From assembly GCA_965225945.1 (NCBI GenBank), contig CBDDBZ010000025.1:32001-96000 (forward strand): DNA of 64,000 bases. The letters run 5' to 3'. Of the stretch, positions 48,030 through 59,302 are shown piece after piece. Within the stretch, counting starts at the first letter, position 1. Each line of letters begins with the position of its first letter. The translations under genes were made by a program, and so were the position numbers. The stretch comes from Alphaproteobacteria bacterium. GTDB lineage: Bacteria > Pseudomonadota > Alphaproteobacteria > GCA-2731375. The notes beneath the pieces are model-generated. The model saw only the letters and a list, made by a program, of their open reading frames with translations. It was not told the origin of the DNA and did no database searches.

Positions 48030-48489
48030 CCCGACGGGCCTGGTCGAGGTCGCGCTCGCCGAAGCCGGCGAGGTGATCGACGACACAGGCCTGCGAGGCC
48101 GCGAGGTCTGCGTGGTGTTGGGCGACGACGCGTTCTCGCGCCGGCTGAACGATACCTGGCGCGGCCGCGACGGTACGACCAACGTGCTGGCCTTTCCGAC
48201 CATGGCCCCCGGGGCTTGGCGGGAAATTCCGGCAGAGGTCGAGGAGAGCCTGGGCGATATCGTGCTGGCGCGCGATGTCGTGGTCGAGGAGGCGCGGGTC
48301 CAGGGCAAGCCGCTGGCCTGGCATTTCACCCATCTCGTACTACATGGATATTTGCATCTTCTGGGCTACGATCACGGCGACGATGGCTCGGCGCGGGAGA
48401 TGGAGGACATGGAGCGTCGGATATTGGCGCGACTTGGAATTCCGGACCCCTATGAGATCGAAGCGGACCGGGCGTCGGCAATCCTATGA
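47977..48489 (+). CDS. ybeY: rRNA maturation endoribonuclease YbeY
   Basis: TNVLAFP, LGDIV and HGYLHLLGYDH motifs. Confidence 0.93.
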   Translation: MRIEVRIECPTWATDRPDPTGLVEVALAEAGEVIDDTGLRGREVCVVLGDDAFSRRLNDTWRGRDGTTNVLAFPTMAPGAWREIPAEVEESLGDIVLARDVVVEEARVQGKPLAWHFTHLVLHGYLHLLGYDHGDDGSAREMEDMERRILARLGIPDPYEIEADRASAIL

Positions 48490-48498
48490 GCCAAGGTG

Positions 48499-49422
48499 AT
48501 GAACGACGACTCCTCTAAAAGTAGATCGCCCCGGCAACCCGGGGCCAACTCCGACAATTCGACGACGTCACTGGGCGAGATACTGAAATCCTGGCTCCGC
48601 GGCATATTTGGCGGCGGCGAGGGCGATCTCCGGGAGAGCCTCGAGGACGTGATCGAGGAGCACGGCGAGAACGGCGGCTTGCTCGATCCCGAGCAGCGGA
48701 CCATGCTCTCGAACATCCTGGGCTTCGGCGAACTGCAGGCCGACGACATCATGGTGCCGAGGGCCGACATTGTCGCGATCGACGTCGCCAATGGCCTCGC
48801 GGAGGTGATGGGGACCTTCCGCGAGGGGCGCCATTCGCGCCTGCCGGTCTATGGCGAGAACCTGGACCAGGTGATCGGCTTCATCCACATCAAAGACATC
48901 CTCGACTTCTGGAGCGACGGCGAGGGGTTCTCGGTCGCCAAGATCGTCCGCGAGCCGTTGGTGGTGCCGCCTTCGATGCCGGCGCTCGACCTCTTGGAAC
49001 GGATGCGGGCGACCCGGATCCACATGGCGTTGGTGGTCGACGAGTACGGCGGCGTGGACGGCCTGATCACCATCGAGGACGTTGTCGAGGAGATCGTCGG
49101 CGAGATCGAGGACGAGCACGACGAGGAGAGCGACAACGTCATCACCGCGCTCTCGGAGGATTGCTTCGAGGCCGACGCGCGGGTCGAGATCGAGGTCTTC
49201 GAGAGCCGCTTCGGCGTCGATCTTCTGCCCGACGAGCACGACGAGGACATCGAGACCCTGGGCGGCGCCGTCGTCGCTCTGCTGGGCCGCTTGCCGCGCA
49301 CCGGCGAGCGGGTCCGCCATACCGCCGGCTTCGAGTTCGAGGTCGTGGATGCCGATCCGCGCCGCATAAAGAAACTCCGCATTCACCGCGCCGCCGAGGC
49401 GCGCGCCGCCTCGGCCGACTAG
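48499..49422 (+). CDS. corC: CBS/CorC-HlyC domain protein
   Basis: DIMVPRADI, HSRLPVY and VDEYGGVDGLITIED motifs. Confidence 0.9.
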   Translation: MNDDSSKSRSPRQPGANSDNSTTSLGEILKSWLRGIFGGGEGDLRESLEDVIEEHGENGGLLDPEQRTMLSNILGFGELQADDIMVPRADIVAIDVANGLAEVMGTFREGRHSRLPVYGENLDQVIGFIHIKDILDFWSDGEGFSVAKIVREPLVVPPSMPALDLLERMRATRIHMALVVDEYGGVDGLITIEDVVEEIVGEIEDEHDEESDNVITALSEDCFEADARVEIEVFESRFGVDLLPDEHDEDIETLGGAVVALLGRLPRTGERVRHTAGFEFEVVDADPRRIKKLRIHRAAEARAASAD

Positions 49423-49426
49423 GGCG

Positions 49427-51016
49427 TTGTCTGCTCGCGCGGAATTGCCTACTCCGGCCGGATCGGACAACCTATCGCCAACCCGCCTCGCCGCCGCCGT
49501 TCAGGGCCCGCGGGGCTGGCGCCGCGCGGCTCTCGCCACCGGGCTCGGGGCGCTCGCGGCCTTGGCCTTGCCCCCATTTCATCTGGTGGTGCTGCTGATC
49601 CCGGCCTTCGTCGGCCTGCTCTGGCTGATCGACGGTTGCCGAGGGATCAAGGCGGCGGCGGCGATCGGCTGGCTCTTCGGTTTCGGCTATTTCCTCGTGA
49701 GCCTGCATTGGCTCGGTAACGCCTTCCTGGTCGACGCCGATCGGCACGCCCTGGTGATGGCGCCGGCGGTGTTGGGGCTGGCCGCCGGTATGGCAATCTT
49801 TCCGGCCCTGGCGAGCGCGCTCGCCCGTTTCGCGCCGGGGACCGGCTGGCGACGCCTGCTCGCACTCGCCGCAGCGTGGATCCTCGTGGAGTGGTTTCGG
49901 GGCTGGTTCCTGACCGGCTTGCCCTGGAGCCTGGTCGGCCATGCCTGGGCGGTTTCGGACGAGATGCTGCAGGCCACCGCCGTGGTCGGGGTTCCCGGTC
50001 TCGGTGCGATGACGCTGGTCGCGGCGCTGTCCCCGGCCCGTGTCCGGGGGCGCCGGGATCTGCTTGTCGTGGCGGCTCTCTTCGCGATGTTGGCCATGCT
50101 CTGGGTCGGCGGTCGCGCACGCCTCGCCGCGCCCGGCCCCGACGATTCGACCGACCATCGCGTGCGCGTGGTCCAGCCCAACATTCCCCAACGGTTGAAA
50201 TGGCGGCGGGATATGCGCCAGGCCAACTTCGCGCGACACCTGGCGCTCGCCTATTCGAGGCCGCTCGCACCCGGCACCCTGGTGATTTGGCCCGAGACCG
50301 CGACGCCCTTCTTCTTGGAGGAGCGGTCTCCGGCGTTACGACGGATCGCGGAGGGCTTGCCGCAGCACGGCCTCGCTCTCGTGGGCTCGCCCCGGCGGGC
50401 CCCGGGCGGCGAGCGGCGGCTCTGGAACAGCCTTCTTGTGGTGGCGCCGCCGGGCCGCGTGGTCCTGCGCTACGACAAGCAGCATCTGGTACCATTTGGC
50501 GAATATTTACCTTTTCGTGCTCTCTTGAGGCGACTCGGCCTCGCCAAAGTCGCGGCGGGATCGATCGACTATTCCGCCGGACCCGGCCCTCGGGTTCTGC
50601 GCCACCCAGACCTACCGGAGCTCCAGCCGCTAATATGTTTCGAAGCGATTTTTCCCGCCGAGCGGCCGCCGGAGCGGCCGCGTTGGCTGCTCAACATCAC
50701 CAACGATGCCTGGTTCGGCGATTTCGCCGGACCACGCCAACACTTCGAGATTTCGCGCCTTCGCGCGATCGAACGGGGAATTCCGTTGGTTCGCGCCGCC
50801 AATACCGGCATTTCGGCGGTGATCGATGCCCATGGCCGCGTTCGCGCCGCCTTGCCATTGGGGGAGGCGGGTGTCCTGGACGAGGCCCTGCCCTCGCCCC
50901 TGCCCGCGCCGCCGCCTTACGGCCGCTTCGGCGATCTCACCTGGATGCCGGTTGTGGTCTTGATCTTGATACTCACGATCGCGGGTCGGCGGCGCGAGCA
51001 TGCCAACGCATCCTAG
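49427..51016 (+). CDS. lnt: Apolipoprotein N-acyltransferase
   Basis: VQPNI, WPET, YDKQHLVPFGEY, ICFEAIF and NDAWFG motifs. Confidence 0.94.
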   Translation: MSARAELPTPAGSDNLSPTRLAAAVQGPRGWRRAALATGLGALAALALPPFHLVVLLIPAFVGLLWLIDGCRGIKAAAAIGWLFGFGYFLVSLHWLGNAFLVDADRHALVMAPAVLGLAAGMAIFPALASALARFAPGTGWRRLLALAAAWILVEWFRGWFLTGLPWSLVGHAWAVSDEMLQATAVVGVPGLGAMTLVAALSPARVRGRRDLLVVAALFAMLAMLWVGGRARLAAPGPDDSTDHRVRVVQPNIPQRLKWRRDMRQANFARHLALAYSRPLAPGTLVIWPETATPFFLEERSPALRRIAEGLPQHGLALVGSPRRAPGGERRLWNSLLVVAPPGRVVLRYDKQHLVPFGEYLPFRALLRRLGLAKVAAGSIDYSAGPGPRVLRHPDLPELQPLICFEAIFPAERPPERPRWLLNITNDAWFGDFAGPRQHFEISRLRAIERGIPLVRAANTGISAVIDAHGRVRAALPLGEAGVLDEALPSPLPAPPPYGRFGDLTWMPVVVLILILTIAGRRREHANAS

Positions 51017-51107
51017 AAACGTCGTTATCCTCTTGCGCCCTCAAGTGGCATACGCCAGTATGCAGCATGTCGCCACGCATCCTCGGCGCGGCTTTAGCAG
51101 GTGTGGC

Positions 51108-51530
51108 ATGAAAAGACGTAGCTCGGAGCATCCGGACCCCGTCGATATTCATGTAGGGGGACGGGTTCGGCTTCGCCGCACGCTGCTGGGCATGAGTCAG
51201 GAAAAACTCGGTGGCGCCTTGGGTCTGACCTTCCAGCAGGTCCAGAAATACGAGCGCGGGGCCAATCGGATCGGCTCGAGTCGGCTCTATCACTTGAGCC
51301 ACATCCTCGACGTGCCAGTCTCTTTCTTCTTCGACGACATGCCGGTCGAGGCCGCCGGCGGTGGCTTCGCTGAGGGCGGCCAGCAGGTCTACGATCAGGA
51401 GAAGCTCTCCCGACGCGAAACCCTGGAGCTGGTGCGCGCCTACTACCAGATCGAGGACCCGGAGGTCCGCAAGCGGATGTTCGAGCTCGTCAAGGCGATC
51501 GCGGGCGAGCGCTACGTGCCCAGGATCTGA
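51108..51530 (+). CDS. XRE-family HTH regulator, in its usual alphaproteobacterial position between lnt and metK
   Basis: PVDIHVGGRVRLRR...LTFQQVQKYERGANRI. Confidence 0.92.
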   Translation: MKRRSSEHPDPVDIHVGGRVRLRRTLLGMSQEKLGGALGLTFQQVQKYERGANRIGSSRLYHLSHILDVPVSFFFDDMPVEAAGGGFAEGGQQVYDQEKLSRRETLELVRAYYQIEDPEVRKRMFELVKAIAGERYVPRI

Positions 51531-51632
51531 ACCGTTGCCGCGCTTGACCCGCCACGAGCGAACCCCTTAAAGAGGTCCGCGCGGTGTCGGATTGCCGACG
51601 CCATCCTTGCCATGTGTGAGAAGGAAGCGAGC

Positions 51633-52811
51633 GTGGCGCGAGAAAGCTATCTCTTCACCAGCGAATCCGTATCCGAGGGCCACCCGGACAAGGTTTGCGA
51701 TCAGATCTCCGACCGCATCGTCGACATGTTCATGGCGGCGGACCCGGAGCATGCGCGCGTCGCCTGCGAGACTCTCTGCACCACCAATTTGGTGGTGATG
51801 GCGGGCGAGGTCCGCGGCCCGAGCGACGTCATCAACGACGTCGAGGGCATGGAGGCCCGGGCGCGCGAATGCATCCGCGACATCGGCTACGAGCAGGACG
51901 GCTTTCACTGGGAGACCGCGCGGGTCGAGGTTCTTCTGCATCCCCAGTCGGTGGATATCAGCCAGGGGGTCGACGCCAGCGGCAACAAGGAGATGGGCGC
52001 GGGCGATCAGGGCATCATGTTCGGCTACGCCTGCAGCGAGACCGAGGAGTTGATGCCGGCGCCGATCTCCTATTCGCATCGCATCCTGGAGCGCATGGCC
52101 GAGGATCGCCACGCCGGCCGAGCGCCCGGCTTCCGCCCGGATTCCAAGAGCCAGGTGACGCTGCGTTACGAGAAGGGGCGGCCGGTGGGCGCAACCTCGG
52201 TCGTGGTCTCGACCCAGCATGACCCGGCGCTCGACCAGGCCGATGTTCGCGAACTGGTTCGCCCCTACGTGCTGGAGGTGCTTCCCGAGGGCTGGATGTG
52301 CCCGGAGGACGAGTTTTACGTCAACCCGACCGGCCGCTTCGTGATCGGCGGGCCCGACGGCGATGCCGGCCTCACCGGTCGCAAAATCATCGTCGACACC
52401 TATGGCGGCGCGGCGCCGCATGGCGGCGGTGCCTTTTCCGGCAAGGATCCCTCCAAGGTCGATCGCTCGGCCGCCTATGCCGCCCGCTATTTGGCCAAGA
52501 ATATCGTCGCCGCGAACCTTGCCGATCGCTGCGCGATCCAGCTCGCCTACGCCATCGGCGTGGCCAAGCCGCTGGCGCTCCAGGTCGACACCTACGGCAC
52601 CGGACGCGCCGACGAGGCTCGGCTGGAAGTGGCCCTGGGCGAGATGGTGAATCTCAGCCCCGGCGGCATTCGCCGCCACCTAAATCTCACCCGGCCGATC
52701 TACGGCCGCACCGCCGCCTACGGCCATTTCGGTCGGCCGACCAGCGAAGATGGCGGCTTCTCCTGGGAGCGCACGGACCTGGTCGAGGAGCTGTCCGCGT
52801 TGTTCGGTTGA
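51633..52811 (+). CDS. metK: S-adenosylmethionine synthetase
   Basis: [19 protein letters not shown] and GGGAFSGKD motifs. Confidence 0.97.
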   Translation: MARESYLFTSESVSEGHPDKVCDQISDRIVDMFMAADPEHARVACETLCTTNLVVMAGEVRGPSDVINDVEGMEARARECIRDIGYEQDGFHWETARVEVLLHPQSVDISQGVDASGNKEMGAGDQGIMFGYACSETEELMPAPISYSHRILERMAEDRHAGRAPGFRPDSKSQVTLRYEKGRPVGATSVVVSTQHDPALDQADVRELVRPYVLEVLPEGWMCPEDEFYVNPTGRFVIGGPDGDAGLTGRKIIVDTYGGAAPHGGGAFSGKDPSKVDRSAAYAARYLAKNIVAANLADRCAIQLAYAIGVAKPLALQVDTYGTGRADEARLEVALGEMVNLSPGGIRRHLNLTRPIYGRTAAYGHFGRPTSEDGGFSWERTDLVEELSALFG

Positions 52812-52830
52812 GGACACGCAGCTGGAGGCC

Positions 52831-53550
52831 ATGACGGGGAAAGGCGACGAGGGCTCGCCGAGGGCGCGGCGCATGCTGCATGGCCGTCGGCGCGGCAAGC
52901 CGATGCGGGCCGGACGGCGCGCTGCCTTCGAACGTCGACTGCCGGAGCTTCGAATCGAGCTGGATGGCGTGGCGCCGGGCGCGCTCGATCCCTCGAAGCT
53001 GTTCGCCGTGCTCCCGGCCGAGGTTTGGCTCGAGATCGGCGCCGGCAACGGCGAGCACCTGGCCTGGCAGGCGGCGGCCCATCCCGAGCACGGCCTGATC
53101 GCGGCCGAACCCTATCTCGCCGGCGTCGGCCGCGCCATCGGACACATCGATGCGGGCGGGCTCGCCAACGTCCGCTTCTTCGTCGACGACGCGCGCCTGC
53201 TGCTAGACGCCCTGGCCGAGGGCAGCATCGGCCGGCTCTTCATTCTGTTCCCGGACCCCTGGCCGAAGACGCGACACCACAAGAGGCGGATCGTCGCGCC
53301 GTCGACGCTACCCGCCATCGCGCGGGTGCTGGCCGACGGCGCCGAGCTGCGCCTCGCCACGGACGACATGAATTATTGTCGCTGGATGCTGGCGCTTCTG
53401 TGCCGCGCGCCGGCGTTCGAATGGCTCGCGCGGGGGCCAGCGGACTGGCGGCGACGCCGGGCGGACTGGCCGGCGACGCGTTACGAGGAGAAGGCGATCG
53501 CGCAGGGCCGAGAGCCGGCCTACCTCCGCTTTCGCCGCCGCCGGCGCTGA
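52831..53550 (+). CDS. trmB: tRNA (guanine-N7)-methyltransferase
   Basis: LEIGAG, FPDPWPKTRHHKRR, ATD and TRYEEKA motifs. Confidence 0.94.
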   Translation: MTGKGDEGSPRARRMLHGRRRGKPMRAGRRAAFERRLPELRIELDGVAPGALDPSKLFAVLPAEVWLEIGAGNGEHLAWQAAAHPEHGLIAAEPYLAGVGRAIGHIDAGGLANVRFFVDDARLLLDALAEGSIGRLFILFPDPWPKTRHHKRRIVAPSTLPAIARVLADGAELRLATDDMNYCRWMLALLCRAPAFEWLARGPADWRRRRADWPATRYEEKAIAQGREPAYLRFRRRRR

Positions 53551-53650
53551 GCCGGAATCGGCCGGAAAGCGCTTGCGGCGCGGGATCGCATGACTATTAT
53601 GGCGCCAAATTCGTCTCGCCCTTTCGATCCGAGACGAGGGCTTGCGAAGC

Positions 53651-53673
53651 GGTGGGCCGGCGCCCACCTTTTT
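53651..53673 (+). promoter_or_regulatory. rimP-leader hairpin with U-tract (attenuator-like)
   Basis: ggtgggc-cggc-gcccacc-ttttt immediately upstream of rimP, the usual position of this leader. Confidence 0.6.
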
Positions 53674-53685
53674 AGTATTCGGAAC

Positions 53686-54210
53686 ATGGATAGATCGCGG
53701 AGACAGGATCGGCTCGCCCGTGTCGAGGAATTGATCGCGCCGTCGGTTCGGGCGCTGGGGTACGCCCTCGTGCGCTTGAAGATGATGGGCGGCAAGGCCC
53801 GGCCGACGTTGCAGATCATGGCCGAGCGGGACGACGGCGTGGAGATGACGGTGGACGACTGCGCCGAGTTGAGCCGCGCGATCTCCGCCCTGCTCGACGT
53901 CGAGGATCCGATCCCGAGTGCTTACGAGCTCGAGGTGAGCTCACCCGGGATCGACCGGCCGTTGGTCCGGCTCGAGGACTTCGAACGCTTTGCCGGCCAT
54001 GTCGCCAAGGTGGAGCTGGCGCGGCCGATCGACGGTCGCAAACGCTATCGCGGTCGCCTGCTGGGCCGCGAGGGCGAGATCGTTCGCATCGCCCTCGAGG
54101 ACGGCGACAGCCCGGTGGCGGAATTACCCTTCGCCGAGGTGTCCGAGGCGAAATTGGTCCTGACGGACGAGCTGATCAGGGCTGCACTGAAGGAAAGTGA
54201 GCGACGATAA
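53686..54210 (+). CDS. rimP: Ribosome maturation factor RimP
   Basis: LQIMAER and LEVSSPGIDRPL motifs. Confidence 0.95.
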   Translation: MDRSRRQDRLARVEELIAPSVRALGYALVRLKMMGGKARPTLQIMAERDDGVEMTVDDCAELSRAISALLDVEDPIPSAYELEVSSPGIDRPLVRLEDFERFAGHVAKVELARPIDGRKRYRGRLLGREGEIVRIALEDGDSPVAELPFAEVSEAKLVLTDELIRAALKESERR

Positions 54211-55802
54211 TGCAGGAAACGGTGGTCGGCGCGAATCGGCTGGAACTGCTGCAGATCGCGGACGCGGTCGCGCGCGAGAAGGTGATCGACCCGGAAATTG
54301 TCATCGAGGCGATGGAGGAGGCGATCCAGCGGGCGGCACGCTCGAAATACGGCATGGAGAACGAGATCCGGGCCGAAATCGATCGCAAGAGCGGAGACAT
54401 AAAGCTCCAGCGTTTGCTGGAGGTGGTGGAGGCAGTGGAGAACGATGCCGCCCAGATCTCGCTCCCCGCCGCCCAGCGACGCAATCCCGACGCCCGCGTC
54501 GGCGATCTTCTGTCCGACCAACTTCCGCCGATCGACTTCGGCCGCATCGCGGCGCAGACGGCGAAACAGGTGATCTTTCAGAAGGTCCGTGACGCCGAAC
54601 GCGCGCGCCAGTACGAGGAGTACAAGGACCGCGTCGGCGAAATCGTCAACGGGATCGTCAAGCGGGTCGAATACGGCAACGTCATGGTCGATCTCGGCCG
54701 GGCCGAGGCGATCGTCAGGCGCGACGAGTTGCTGCCCAGGGAGAGCTTCCACAACGGCGACCGCCTCCGCGCCTATATCTATGACGTGCGCCAGGAAACC
54801 CGGGGCCCGCAGATCTTCCTCTCGCGCACCCATCCGCAGTTCATGGCGATGCTGTTCGCCCAGGAAGTGCCGGAAATCTACGACAGCATCATCGAGATCA
54901 AGGCGGTGGCGCGCGACCCCGGAAGCCGGGCCAAGATCGCCGTGGTCAGCCGCGATTCCAGCATCGATCCGGTGGGGGCCTGCGTCGGCATGCGTGGCAG
55001 CCGGGTCCAGGCCGTGGTCAGCGAACTGCAGGGCGAGAAGATAGACATCATTCCCTGGTCGCCGGATTCCGCCGCCTTCCTGGTGAACGGCCTGGCGCCG
55101 GCGGAGGTTACCAAGGTGGTGATGGACGAGGTGGTCCACAAGTTCGAGGTCGTGGTGCCGGACGAGCAGTTGAGCCTGGCAATCGGGCGCCGTGGCCAGA
55201 ACGTCCGCTTGGCCTCGCAGCTCACCGGCTGGGATATCGATATCCTGACCGAATCCGACGAGAGCGAGCGCCGCCAGGAGGAGCTGCGCCAACGCAGCTC
55301 GATGTTCATGGATTGCCTCGACATCGACGAGATGATGGCGCAATTGTTGGCGACCGAGGGCTTCGCCGTGGTCGAGGACGTGGCCTATGTGTCGCTGGAG
55401 GAACTGGCCGGGCTCGAGGGCTTCGACGAGGATTTGGCCGAGGCGCTGCAACGGCGCGCCCACGATTATCTCGATCGACGTGACCAGGAGTTGGATCTGG
55501 AGCGGCGTGAAATGGGGGTCGGTGATGATCTCGCCGCGATCGAGGGCTTGACGCCGGGGATGTTGGTCCGTTTCGGCGAGGCCGATATCAAGACGTTGGA
55601 CGATTTGGGCGACCTCGCTTCCGACGAGTTGACGGATCCGGTCGAGGGCGTTCTCGCCGACTTCGCCCTCACCGAGGAGGAGGCCAACGCCATCATCATG
55701 GCGGCCCGGGCGCACTGGTTCGACGACGAGGCGCCGGCCGAGCCGACACCGGAGAGCGAGGATGACGCGCCGTCGAGTGGCGCCCAGGGCGAAGCGACCT
55801 GA
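54210..55802 (+). CDS. nusA: Transcription elongation factor NusA
   Basis: FGRIAAQTAKQVI, ARDPGSRAK and AIGRRGQNVRLA motifs. Confidence 0.97.
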   Translation: MQETVVGANRLELLQIADAVAREKVIDPEIVIEAMEEAIQRAARSKYGMENEIRAEIDRKSGDIKLQRLLEVVEAVENDAAQISLPAAQRRNPDARVGDLLSDQLPPIDFGRIAAQTAKQVIFQKVRDAERARQYEEYKDRVGEIVNGIVKRVEYGNVMVDLGRAEAIVRRDELLPRESFHNGDRLRAYIYDVRQETRGPQIFLSRTHPQFMAMLFAQEVPEIYDSIIEIKAVARDPGSRAKIAVVSRDSSIDPVGACVGMRGSRVQAVVSELQGEKIDIIPWSPDSAAFLVNGLAPAEVTKVVMDEVVHKFEVVVPDEQLSLAIGRRGQNVRLASQLTGWDIDILTESDESERRQEELRQRSSMFMDCLDIDEMMAQLLATEGFAVVEDVAYVSLEELAGLEGFDEDLAEALQRRAHDYLDRRDQELDLERREMGVGDDLAAIEGLTPGMLVRFGEADIKTLDDLGDLASDELTDPVEGVLADFALTEEEANAIIMAARAHWFDDEAPAEPTPESEDDAPSSGAQGEAT

Positions 55803-56421
55803 GGCCGATCCGGCGCGGGAATCGGGCCTCAGGCGCTGCATCGTCTCCGGCGAGAGCCGCGAGCGCGCGGCATTGGTGCGTTTCGTCGTCGGGCCGGACG
55901 GCGAGATCGTGCCCGATCTGGCCAATCGATTGCCGGGACGGGGCCTCTGGGTCGCCGCCGATCGCGTTAGCATCGCCCAGGCGGTCGAGCGTCGGCGCTT
56001 CCAATACGCTGCGCGGCGCTCACTCTCCGTGGCGCCGGATCTAGTGGATCGGGTCGAGGCCCTGCTGGCGCGGCGCGCGCTCGAGTTCCTCGGTCTGGCG
56101 CGCCGGGCGGGCGAAGTGGTGGTCGGTTACGAGAAGACCCGCGCCTGGCTCGAGGCCGGACGTTGCGCCGTCCTGCTCGCGGCGCGGGACGGCGCCGCCG
56201 GGGGCCGCGACAAGCTCGCCCGCCTGGCCGGCGACGCGGTTATCGTTTCGCTGTTCGACTCGGGGGAATTGAGTTTGGCATTGGGTCGGCAAAATGTGGT
56301 ACATGCTGCCCTTTGCCACGGTGGGCTCGCCGGTCGATTCTGCGTGGAAATGTTACGATTGGGCGGGTTTCGTGAACTCGGCGCGGTTTCGGCGGCGCCG
56401 GCGAAAGAGGACGTCACGTGA
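55762..56421 (+). CDS. ylxR: YlxR (DUF448)-L7Ae-like RNA-binding protein
   Basis: RRCIVSG, LVRFV and LPGRGLWV motifs; lies between nusA and infB. Confidence 0.88.
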   Translation: MTRRRVAPRAKRPEADPARESGLRRCIVSGESRERAALVRFVVGPDGEIVPDLANRLPGRGLWVAADRVSIAQAVERRRFQYAARRSLSVAPDLVDRVEALLARRALEFLGLARRAGEVVVGYEKTRAWLEAGRCAVLLAARDGAAGGRDKLARLAGDAVIVSLFDSGELSLALGRQNVVHAALCHGGLAGRFCVEMLRLGGFRELGAVSAAPAKEDVT

Positions 56422-59141
56422 GCGAGACGGGTGAGAACTTGAGCGAGACGGGTGAGAACTTGAGCGAGACGGGTGAGAACTTGAGCGAGACGGGTGAGAA
56501 CTTGAGCGAGACGGGTGAGAACTTGAGCGAGACGGGTGAGAACTTGAGCGAGACGGGTGAGAAGAAGACGCTGAGCCTGACCAAGGAGCCCAGGCGAATG
56601 GAGCTCCGTGGTAGCGGTGACACGGCTCAGGTCAAGCAGAGCTTCAGCCACGGCCGCAGCAAGACCGTCCAGGTCGAGGTCCGCCGCAACCGCGCGGCCG
56701 CCCGCGCGCCGGCGCTTCAGCCCGTGCCCGTGCCCGAACCCGCCGCGCCGCCGGTCGAGGCGCTGCCGATCGTCGAACAGGCGCCGGGCGACGAAGGGCG
56801 CATTCGCCACGTCCTGCCAACACTCAGCGAGGCGGAGAAGGCGACGCGTGCCCGCGCGCTCGACGTTGCCCGCCGCGCCGACCAGCAAGCCCGCGAGAAC
56901 ATAGAGGAACAGGCCCGCCTCAGGACGCTCGAGGAGAAACGGCTGCAGGCCGAGAATGAAGCGGCGGAGATACGGCGCAAGTCGGAGGAAGATCGCAGAC
57001 GCACCGAAGTGGAGTCGCGCCAGCGGGCCGAGGAGGGGGCGGAACGCAAGCTCCGCGAGCAGGAGGCGCGAAGTCGCGAGGACGACGAAGGGGTCGTGGG
57101 TGCGGCGCCGGGCGGGCTTAAGCTGCCAGGCGGCTTGAGCGGACGCCAGGCGATCGACGCCGAGGAGGAGAGCGCGCGTGGCCGCCGGACGCCACCGGGT
57201 CGGCGCACGCCCGCCCCGAAGCGCAACGAGCCGCGCCGCCGCTCCGGTCGCATGACCATCAATCAGGCGCTCGACGTCGACGACAGCGACGCCAGGGTGC
57301 GTTCTCTCGCCTCCGTCCGCCGCGAGCGGGAGCGACTGCGTCAGGCCCGCGCCGACCGCGTGGCGAGCGGTGCCGCGCCGCAGAAGATCTATCGCGAGGT
57401 CGTGATCCCCGAGAGCATCACGGTCCAGGAACTCTCCAACCGAATGGCGGAGCGGGCGACCGACCTCATTCGCGCGCTGATGAAGCTCGACGTGATGGCG
57501 ACGATCAATCAATCGATCGATTCCGACACCGCCGAACTTCTCGTGAACGAATTCGGCCACACACCCAAGCTGGTCAGCGCCGCCGACGTCGAAATCGGCC
57601 TTGTCGGAGCCGACGATATGGAGGGCGATTTGCAGCCCAGACCACCCGTCGTCACGGTGATGGGCCACGTCGATCACGGCAAGACATCGTTGTTGGACGC
57701 GCTTCGCGAAACCAACGTGGTCGCCGGCGAGGCGGGCGGCATCACGCAGCACATCGGTGCCTATCAGGTCGAGGGCGAGAGCGGGAAGATCACCTTCATC
57801 GACACGCCCGGCCACGAGGCATTCACCCAGATGCGGGCCCGCGGCGCCGGAGTGACGGACATCGTCGTGCTCGTCGTCGCCGCCGACGACGGCGTGATGC
57901 CGCAGACGGTGGAGGCGATCAACCACGCCAAGGCGGCGGAGGTACCGATCATCGTCGCGGTCAACAAGATCGATCGCAAGGGCGCCGACCCAGAGCGCGT
58001 GACGCGCGAGCTGTTGCAGCACGAGGTGGTGAGCGAGAAGTTGGGCGGCGACGTGCAGGTGATCGAGGTTTCGGCGACCGAGCGGATCAATCTCGACAAG
58101 CTGGAGGAGGCGATCACGCTGCAGGCCGAGATCCTGGAGCTCGGCGCGAATCCGAACCGCGAGGCCGAGGGCGTGATCGTCGAGGCCAAGCTCGATCGTG
58201 GTCGCGGACCGGTGGCCACGGTGCTGATCCAGCGCGGCACGCTCCGCGTCGGCGATATCTTCGTCGCCGGCTTCGAATGGGGTCGGGTGCGCGCCCTGAT
58301 CGACGGCCACGGCCGCAATATCGAGGAGGCCGGCCCCTCCATGCCGGTCGAGGTCCTGGGACTGAACGGCACGCCGCTCGCGGGCGACCACTTCACCGCG
58401 CTCGACAGCGAGGCGCGAGCCCGCGAGGTCACCGCGTATCGCCAGGCGACGGAGCGTGATCGCCGCGCCTCCCAAGGCGCGCGCAGTTCGGTGCAACAGA
58501 TGTTCGCTGAGATCACGGCCGGCGAGCGCCAGGAGTTGCCGATCGTCATCAAGGGCGACGTGCAGGGCTCGGTCGAGGCGATCGTCGGCGCGCTGGAGCG
58601 ACTGGGCACCGACGAGGTGGCGGTGCGCGTGCTGCACAGCGGCGTCGGCGGCGTCACCGAATCCGACGTGACGCTGGCCGCCGCTTCCGCGGCACCGATC
58701 CTGGGATTCAACGTTCGCGCCAATGCGCAGACCCAGGCGCACGCGAAGCGGGACGGCGTCGAGCTTCGCTACTATTCTGTCATCTACGAGCTGGTCGACG
58801 ACATCAAGGCGGCGTTGAGCGGCATGCTGGCGCCGGAGCGGCGGGAAGAAATGCTCGGTACGCTGGACGTGCTGGAGGTCTTCTCGATCACCAAGGTCGG
58901 TCGTATAGCCGGTTGCCGCGTCTCCGGCGGCGTGGTGCGTCCGGGTGCCCGGGCGCGGTTGCTGCGCGACAGCATTGTGGTGCATGACGGCAATCTGAAG
59001 TCCCTCAGGCGCTTCAAGGACGACGTGCGCGAGGTCCGCGAGGGCAACGAGTGTGGCGTCGCGCTGGAGAACTACCAGGATCTGCAGCCCGGCGACGTCC
59101 TGGAAGTCTATGAAGTCGAGGAGATCGAGCGGGTGCTCTGA
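56418..59141 (+). CDS. infB: Translation initiation factor IF-2
   Basis: [27 protein letters not shown] and NKID motifs. Confidence 0.97.
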   Translation: MSETGENLSETGENLSETGENLSETGENLSETGENLSETGENLSETGEKKTLSLTKEPRRMELRGSGDTAQVKQSFSHGRSKTVQVEVRRNRAAARAPALQPVPVPEPAAPPVEALPIVEQAPGDEGRIRHVLPTLSEAEKATRARALDVARRADQQARENIEEQARLRTLEEKRLQAENEAAEIRRKSEEDRRRTEVESRQRAEEGAERKLREQEARSREDDEGVVGAAPGGLKLPGGLSGRQAIDAEEESARGRRTPPGRRTPAPKRNEPRRRSGRMTINQALDVDDSDARVRSLASVRRERERLRQARADRVASGAAPQKIYREVVIPESITVQELSNRMAERATDLIRALMKLDVMATINQSIDSDTAELLVNEFGHTPKLVSAADVEIGLVGADDMEGDLQPRPPVVTVMGHVDHGKTSLLDALRETNVVAGEAGGITQHIGAYQVEGESGKITFIDTPGHEAFTQMRARGAGVTDIVVLVVAADDGVMPQTVEAINHAKAAEVPIIVAVNKIDRKGADPERVTRELLQHEVVSEKLGGDVQVIEVSATERINLDKLEEAITLQAEILELGANPNREAEGVIVEAKLDRGRGPVATVLIQRGTLRVGDIFVAGFEWGRVRALIDGHGRNIEEAGPSMPVEVLGLNGTPLAGDHFTALDSEARAREVTAYRQATERDRRASQGARSSVQQMFAEITAGERQELPIVIKGDVQGSVEAIVGALERLGTDEVAVRVLHSGVGGVTESDVTLAAASAAPILGFNVRANAQTQAHAKRDGVELRYYSVIYELVDDIKAALSGMLAPERREEMLGTLDVLEVFSITKVGRIAGCRVSGGVVRPGARARLLRDSIVVHDGNLKSLRRFKDDVREVREGNECGVALENYQDLQPGDVLEVYEVEEIERVL
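56419..56563 (+). repeat. Perfect 21-bp tandem repeat (6 full units plus 19 bp) encoding (SETGENL)n
   Basis: The unit tgagcgagacgggtgagaact starts at 56419, 56440, 56461, 56482, 56503 and 56524, with a partial unit at 56545. Confidence 0.97.
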
Positions 59142-59302
59142 TCGGCACCCACGCCCTGAATTTTGGCCGATGGGCATTTAGAGCCCGTTATTGTTGTCCG
59201 ACCCGACCGAGGCTCCCGTTCACGCGATCGCTGGGTGTGCTCGGGGTCGGTGGGCGAGGCGTATCGCGGCCGCGAATCATGCTATGGGGCGGTTGGAACA
59301 TC

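Noticed and set aside
51531-51632. SAM riboswitch upstream of metK
   Set aside because: Only a short hairpin (gtcgg/ccgac) is visible, and I could not match SAM-II or SAM-SAH consensus features.
56419-56563. Possible CRISPR array
   Set aside because: The units are contiguous with no spacers, lie in frame within infB, and no cas genes are present.
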